Shown piece by piece: positions 58,859 to 64,000 of a stretch of 64,000 bases of DNA (position 1 is its first letter; each line of letters opens with the position of its first letter). Under the pieces are notes generated by a model, which saw only the letters and a program-made list of their open reading frames with translations, did no database searches and was not told the DNA's origin. Position numbers and translations under genes: made by a program. The stretch is from Nannocystales bacterium (lineage in GTDB: Bacteria > Myxococcota_A > Polyangia > Nannocystales > Nannocystaceae). The DNA lies in the NCBI GenBank assembly GCA_050633305.1, contig JBOEGF010000014.1, positions 160,001-224,000 on the forward strand, read 5' to 3'.

Positions 58859-59527
58859 TCAAGCGAAAGGGTCGCAGACGCCGTGGGTCGCGTGCCCGAC
58901 GTCCAGGCAGTTCTCAATCGGGCCACAGCTGAACGTCCCGAGCGGGCAGAAGTTGGTGCAACGGCCTGCGAAGCACGAGAAGAGAATGTCGCAGTCGGTG
59001 CCGTCGGTGCAGGGCGCGTTCAGGTTGCCGCAGTTGTCGCAACTCTCGCACCGGCCCTCTTCGGCTGTGTAGAACCTGCAGACGGTTCCGACCCCCGGGC
59101 ACTCGTTCAGGCTTCCGGGGGTCGAGCAGGACTCGCCCCTGTCGGGCACATCGAGGTTCGGGTCCAGCGGTGTGCCGCCTGCCGACGGGTCGCCGCCCGA
59201 GGACTCGGCCGTGGGGTCCGTACTCGTTGCCCCGGCGTCGGTGGCAGACCCGGCGCCTCCCGTGGAGTCGTCGTTGGAGGTGGCAGGACTGCTGTCGCTG
59301 GCGCTCGTCTCGCCGGCGGTGCCGCTGGTCGCCGCGGCTCCGGTCGAGTCCGCCTCCCCCACCGACGACGCTGTACCGGAGGACTCGGCCGACGCTCCGG
59401 CGGTCGAGGACATGGTGCCGGCGCTTGTTGGCGTGCCGCTCCCAGAGCCAAAGCTGGGGCCGCTGCCGACGTCCTCGGTGCACGCGACCGAGAGCAGGAA
59501 GGAGACGGCAAGCATGGACCTGCGCAT
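58859..59527 (-). CDS. Cys-rich lipoprotein
   Basis: SVAC lipobox; long Ser/Thr/Ala/Gly linker; Cys-rich C-terminal domain. Confidence 0.75.
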   Translation of the reverse strand: MRRSMLAVSFLLSVACTEDVGSGPSFGSGSGTPTSAGTMSSTAGASAESSGTASSVGEADSTGAAATSGTAGETSASDSSPATSNDDSTGGAGSATDAGATSTDPTAESSGGDPSAGGTPLDPNLDVPDRGESCSTPGSLNECPGVGTVCRFYTAEEGRCESCDNCGNLNAPCTDGTDCDILFSCFAGRCTNFCPLGTFSCGPIENCLDVGHATHGVCDPFA

Positions 59528-59582
59528 GACGACCAGACGGCACGGGGCCGGCCGGGTTGCAACGATTCCACCGCCGAGCGGA

Positions 59583-59975
59583 TCAGTCCGCCAACATGTG
59601 CGACTTGACCGTGTCGAGAAGAACCTGCCCGCGGACCGGTTTTTGAAGCCAGGCGACGACCCGGAGGTGTGCGAGGTCTTCGGCGACGTCTTCCCGCGGC
59701 GTTCCGGTCAGAAAAACTACAGGTAGGTCCGGCCACCGGGCGTGCAGTGCCTCAGCGAGCTCGAGTCCGGACATCGACGGCATATCGACGTCGAGAATCG
59801 CCAGGCCCAGCGTCCGGCCCTCCGTCTCTCGGAGGGCTTCGTTGGGATCGAGATACGGGAGGAGCTCGACCTCGGGCAGGGCATGCTCGAGCCGCTTTCG
59901 CGTCGCGTCGAGCAGACCTGGCTCGTCGTCGACCAACAGAATTGGTCGGGCCGAGCCGTTGTCCAAGGTTCCCAT
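59583..59975 (-). CDS. Single-domain response regulator
   Basis: LLVDDE, ILDVDMP, FLTG, KP. Confidence 0.9.
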   Translation of the reverse strand: MGTLDNGSARPILLVDDEPGLLDATRKRLEHALPEVELLPYLDPNEALRETEGRTLGLAILDVDMPSMSGLELAEALHARWPDLPVVFLTGTPREDVAEDLAHLRVVAWLQKPVRGQVLLDTVKSHMLAD

Positions 59976-60035
59976 CCAGTTCTTATAACGTCGTTCTCAG
60001 CCCCGGCTCCAAGGTTTCTTTGCGATTGAGCGCGC

Positions 60036-61394
60036 TCAAAGCTCAATCGTTGTCCAAGCTTTTCGCCTCCACATTACTGCGAAAGCTACCGCGGTCAGAG
60101 CGCGATAACCAAGTTGCGCGCTCCATATCGGGAGAAGCCCGAAGCCGAGGATCGGTCCGAGTACGAATGCGATGGGGAGGAACAGACCCCACTGCAGACT
60201 GATCGAAACCACCATCACAGCGCGGTTGGCTCCCGCGCCAAGCATCGCGTTCATCAGCACCATGCCGATGCCGTCGACCGCGATGAAGAGACCGGCCAGA
60301 CGCATGGGCCATCGCGCGGCGTCGAGGGCTTCGGGGGAGTGCAGGAAGGGCGATAGAACCAGGTCCGGTACGAGGGCCATGGGCAGACCCAGTCCACCCA
60401 TCACCCAGACTGCGATCTTCGCGACGTCCCATCCCCACGCGTACGCATCCTCGGGCTCCTTACGCCCGAGTGCCTGCCCGACAAGCGACGCAGCGGCGAT
60501 GCCGAGGGCTATACCGGGCAGCAGTGCTACAAGAGTGACGTTGACCAGCGCGTTGGCAGCAGCGACGTCGACGGTCGAGTGACCGACTTCACCCAAGGCG
60601 ATGTGCCCGAGGATCCAGAACAGCACGTTGAACCCGGCCGCAAACATGAACTGCTGGAGGCCGTTGGGCAGTGCGAGCGTGATGATGCGACGGAACGTCT
60701 TGCGGTCCGGGAGCGCTCGCAAGAACCCTGCACTGCGGGCATGTCGGAGGCCAAGCCATAGGTAGAAGACCGAGCCGATACACGTCGCAATGGCGCTCGA
60801 GACACCCGCCCCATACGCGCCGAGTTCTGGCGCGCCAAGGTTGCCGAAGATCAGCAGCCAGTTGAAGAAGATGTTGCACGCGTGCATCACGAGCAGCGTG
60901 CGTAGGTAGAGCTTGGAGAGGTCGACCGCGTTCCAGTAGCCCCGGAACGAAAAGTTCGTCGCCACCGCAACCATCGCGATCAGCCGGGCCTGCAGGTAGG
61001 GCACGCCGATGTCGAGCACCGCGGGGTCGGGGTTCTGCAGCGGAAAGAACCACGGAACGAGCATGTACAGCCCGACCGAAAGCGGGATGCCGATCAGGAT
61101 GCCGCACAGCAGCGCCGCGTTGAGCGGAATCGCCGTCTCGTTGTCGCGGCCCTCACCTTTGCGCCGCGCGGCGATGCTCTGCACACCCGCGGACAGGCCG
61201 GTCAGGAATGAGAAGGCGAGGAAGTTTGCGAAGCCCCCGACGCCAACCGCTGCCACAGCCGCATCGCCCTCCGTTGCGACCATGGCGAGGTCGACCAGGT
61301 TGAGCACGTTCTGAGAGACCATGCCCCCGATGATGGGTAGCGCGATCCCGAGGATCCGCTTCGTTCTCTCTCGCACGCGCCCGCACTCCACCAC
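60036..61394 (-). CDS. MATE-family efflux transporter
   Basis: IALPI, VDLAMV, NWLLIFGNLGAPELG; about 12 TM helices. Confidence 0.93.
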   Translation of the reverse strand: MVECGRVRERTKRILGIALPIIGGMVSQNVLNLVDLAMVATEGDAAVAAVGVGGFANFLAFSFLTGLSAGVQSIAARRKGEGRDNETAIPLNAALLCGILIGIPLSVGLYMLVPWFFPLQNPDPAVLDIGVPYLQARLIAMVAVATNFSFRGYWNAVDLSKLYLRTLLVMHACNIFFNWLLIFGNLGAPELGAYGAGVSSAIATCIGSVFYLWLGLRHARSAGFLRALPDRKTFRRIITLALPNGLQQFMFAAGFNVLFWILGHIALGEVGHSTVDVAAANALVNVTLVALLPGIALGIAAASLVGQALGRKEPEDAYAWGWDVAKIAVWVMGGLGLPMALVPDLVLSPFLHSPEALDAARWPMRLAGLFIAVDGIGMVLMNAMLGAGANRAVMVVSISLQWGLFLPIAFVLGPILGFGLLPIWSAQLGYRALTAVAFAVMWRRKAWTTIEL

Positions 61395-61746
61395 CGCATG
61401 TGGTGCGGGTCAATGACTGTTGTAGGCCGTTTTACGAACGTCTCGGCTGGGAAGAAACCCGGACGCTCAACCCCCATCGTCGGTTCTTGTTCCCGCACGA
61501 GATGCGGGCGGGTGTGCCATGGCTGGAACCCCCTTCCTCATCGCGTCGAGGCCGACTTGCACACGCTGCTGGGACCCGCAGGTCGTTGCAAAGGACGAAG
61601 TCCGACGTGCGGACCTGGGCGACGCGAAGCTCGCCGTGGGTCGAGCGGGTCATGGGGGGCGGGGCGCCGAGGCGAAGTGGGGATGTGCGGGGTCACGCCA
61701 AACCGTCCGGGGCTGGCGTGGGGAGCGGCGCGCGCCACCTCGAAGT

Positions 61747-63420
61747 TCACTCGATCGCGAGGTTTCGTAGGCGGTTGATCGCCGCGGCGACCTCTGCGGG
61801 GCGAACCGCTGCAAGCTCGGGGCTGGGCCGTAGAGCGTACAGGCCTTCATGTTGCGCCTGCGCGACCGCTGCCGCAGCGAGCTCGGCGATCGGGGTGCCC
61901 GAAGGCTGCGCGCTCGCCCACTCCAGCAGGGTCCCGAGCAAGCGAACCTGGGACGCGTCGACAAGTTGTTCCAACCCATCGAGGGTAATGGTGTCGTCGC
62001 CGTAGCTCAGGTCCCGGAGCCCGCGTGCTCGGACCTTTCCGCGTCGTCGGTCTCGCCGAATCGGAGCCAGTGACGTGGGGGTGAACACTCGCCGACACGG
62101 AGCCCACTCCGGGTGATTCGCCGATGGCTCGCGGGCGCTGGGGAGTGCGGCACTCACCTCGCGGGCCCGTTGGGTCGCGTCGTACGGATGGTAGTCGTCC
62201 ATCCTGATCACGGTGTCGGCAACGTCGAGGTAGTCGCCACTCCCCCCGACCACCAGAACGCTCGATACGCCAAGCTCGGCGTGGAGCTGTTGCACGCGGT
62301 CGATGAGAGGCGTGATGGTCTCGCGCTGGATGAGCGCCTGCATTCGGGCGTCTCGGACCAACAGGTTCGTCGCGCACGTGTCCTCGTCAAACAGCAGAGC
62401 GCGGGTGCCGAGTTCCACCGACTCGATGATTGCGGCGGCGAGGCTGGTGCTGCCGGAGGCATCTGTCGTGGAGAACGAGCGCGTCTCCCGGGAACCTGGC
62501 AGCGATGAGATGAAGGGCCGGAGGTCAACCCCGGTCACGGCTCGCCCATCCTCGGACCGTACCTTCATCGCGGATGGGATGGTCACGACTCGTTCGCGTC
62601 CATCGCCGGGGACATGCGGATAGATCCCCTCCGCAAGGGCCTGCAGAAGCGTGCTCTTGCCGTGAAAACCTGCGCCGGCGATGAGCGTGACCCCGCGAGG
62701 GATCCCCAGGCCGGGCAGTGGCTCCCCGCCCAGGTCTCGAAGCTCAACCCGGAGCGCGTCCGGAGCCTTCATCGCGATGGCACCGGGCAGCGGCTTGGTG
62801 TCCACGCCAGAGGCTCGCGGCAGGACCGAGCCGTCGGCCACGAATGCGACCAGCCCCGCCGCTTCGAGCTGCCGGGTCAGCTCAGCGTGCTGGAGGGCGC
62901 TGCGTTGCCAGCTTCGAATGTCTTCGGTGCGGACCGACGACGCCCGAACCGCGTCGGCCATCGCGGGGATGGCGTCGCACAGGAGCTCTGCCGCGACGCG
63001 CCCCAGGACGCGACGACCGGCCGCCGGCAGTCCTACTCGGAACCGAAGCTCGATCGCATCGTCCACGATGTCACAGCCGCTTCGGGCGAGCAGGGCCGCG
63101 CCTCCGGCGTCGACATCGATGACTCCAGACTTGCCGCTCCCTTTGCGAGCGCTCTTGCGCGTGGCTGCGGCAAAGCGGCGCAGGAGGAGGTCACACAATG
63201 CGACGCGCCCGGGCCCGGCTCGGAGCGCTGCGGGTTCGTAGCCATGGTGTCGAACCCGGACCCGGACGACAGACGGTGCCGCGAAGGGGTCGCCCTGGAC
63301 GTGGTCGATCGCGACATCGAGCTGGTCTCCGGCCCACAGTCCTCGGATTCGTTTGTAGGCGCCGTAGCTTCCGCCGTCGAGGCGCCGCAGCAACGCCTGG
63401 AGGTCGGCGAGGGTGCTCAT
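61747..63420 (-). CDS. Stand-alone ABC-class ATPase (PF09818-like)
   Basis: YGAYK, HVQGDPFAAPS, GAGFHGKST, DASGSTS, DEDTCATN. Confidence 0.85.
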   Translation of the reverse strand: MSTLADLQALLRRLDGGSYGAYKRIRGLWAGDQLDVAIDHVQGDPFAAPSVVRVRVRHHGYEPAALRAGPGRVALCDLLLRRFAAATRKSARKGSGKSGVIDVDAGGAALLARSGCDIVDDAIELRFRVGLPAAGRRVLGRVAAELLCDAIPAMADAVRASSVRTEDIRSWQRSALQHAELTRQLEAAGLVAFVADGSVLPRASGVDTKPLPGAIAMKAPDALRVELRDLGGEPLPGLGIPRGVTLIAGAGFHGKSTLLQALAEGIYPHVPGDGRERVVTIPSAMKVRSEDGRAVTGVDLRPFISSLPGSRETRSFSTTDASGSTSLAAAIIESVELGTRALLFDEDTCATNLLVRDARMQALIQRETITPLIDRVQQLHAELGVSSVLVVGGSGDYLDVADTVIRMDDYHPYDATQRAREVSAALPSAREPSANHPEWAPCRRVFTPTSLAPIRRDRRRGKVRARGLRDLSYGDDTITLDGLEQLVDASQVRLLGTLLEWASAQPSGTPIAELAAAAVAQAQHEGLYALRPSPELAAVRPAEVAAAINRLRNLAIE

Positions 63421-64000
63421 CGAGGGTACAGGGGGCGAAGTTCGTGGCCGAGGCGGAGGTCGTGAACCGACGCATAGCGCTTGGAGAGGTCGAGTCGCAG
63501 GTACGTCTTGTTCTCGTCGTGAAGCCCGAACGAGGTGGAGAGGCAGAGCTGCTCATCCCCGATCTTCTCGTATCCATCGCGGACCACGTCGTGTCCATAC
63601 GCCACGAATCCTTCAGAGGTCTCGCTGCCCGAGGCCACATCCCGGAAGGCGCGGGCTTGCTCCCCAGTGGCATGGCGGGACCACAGCAGAGCGCCGAGCG
63701 TTGTGTGCTCGTGGATGCTGGTGATCGACGTCTCGTCGAACCCGGCGTACTCGATGCGCTCGAACTCCTCGAGCGAAGGCTCGGTCCGGCGCGGTGCCCC
63801 GTGGCAAAACGAAGCTCCGCACGAGGTGGTCGCGATGAGTGGCAGAACCGAGAGAAACTCGCGGACCTCGTCGACGCGGTCTCCCAGACGCGCGTTGAGA
63901 ATCGCCGCTTCGTCCGGGTGGAACTTGCTGACGACGGGCCCGCCGATGTGGGCGTGCTCGTGGTTGCCGAGCAGTCCGACCGCGAGTTCATTCTGCGAGA
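63417..64000 (-). CDS. Calcineurin-like metallophosphoesterase, 5' truncated by the window edge
   Basis: Frame is open to the window end: LLGNHE, CHG, LLWSR, YGHD; stop overlaps the ATPase ATG. Confidence 0.8.
   Translation of the reverse strand, partial: SQNELAVGLLGNHEHAHIGGPVVSKFHPDEAAILNARLGDRVDEVREFLSVLPLIATTSCGASFCHGAPRRTEPSLEEFERIEYAGFDETSITSIHEHTTLGALLWSRHATGEQARAFRDVASGSETSEGFVAYGHDVVRDGYEKIGDEQLCLSTSFGLHDENKTYLRLDLSKRYASVHDLRLGHELRPLYPR

Noticed and set aside
61395..61746. Short ORFs in the gap between MATE and the ATPase
   Set aside because: No RBS, motif or compositional support

Overview
GC-rich bacterial window of about 55 genes. The gene content (three Hanks-type Ser/Thr kinases, an ECF sigma factor, many Cys-rich lipoproteins with Ser/Thr/Gly linkers, a DUF1501 pair) suggests a myxobacterium, probably Nannocystaceae-like; this is inference. 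Housekeeping genes (pgm, fabH, anmK, kdsC-like, DinG-type helicase, ABC exporter pair, MATE) are interleaved with signalling and accessory genes. I found no rRNA, complete tRNA, CRISPR array, transposase, integrase or reverse transcriptase. Best leads: (1) a 1153-aa exported coiled-coil/multi-TM protein fused to a STAND-like P-loop NTPase, coupled to a minimal MscS channel and facing a second MscS; (2) an unannotated leader-peptide attenuator upstream of a heterodimeric ABC exporter; (3) a VOC domain fused to a histone-H1-like Lys/Ala tail; (4) a PlpX/splicease-like radical SAM-SPASM enzyme with no adjacent precursor; (5) a Ser/Thr kinase with a GspC-type PDZ domain, divergent from an ECF sigma factor. 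All family assignments come from motif recognition by eye; no searches were run.
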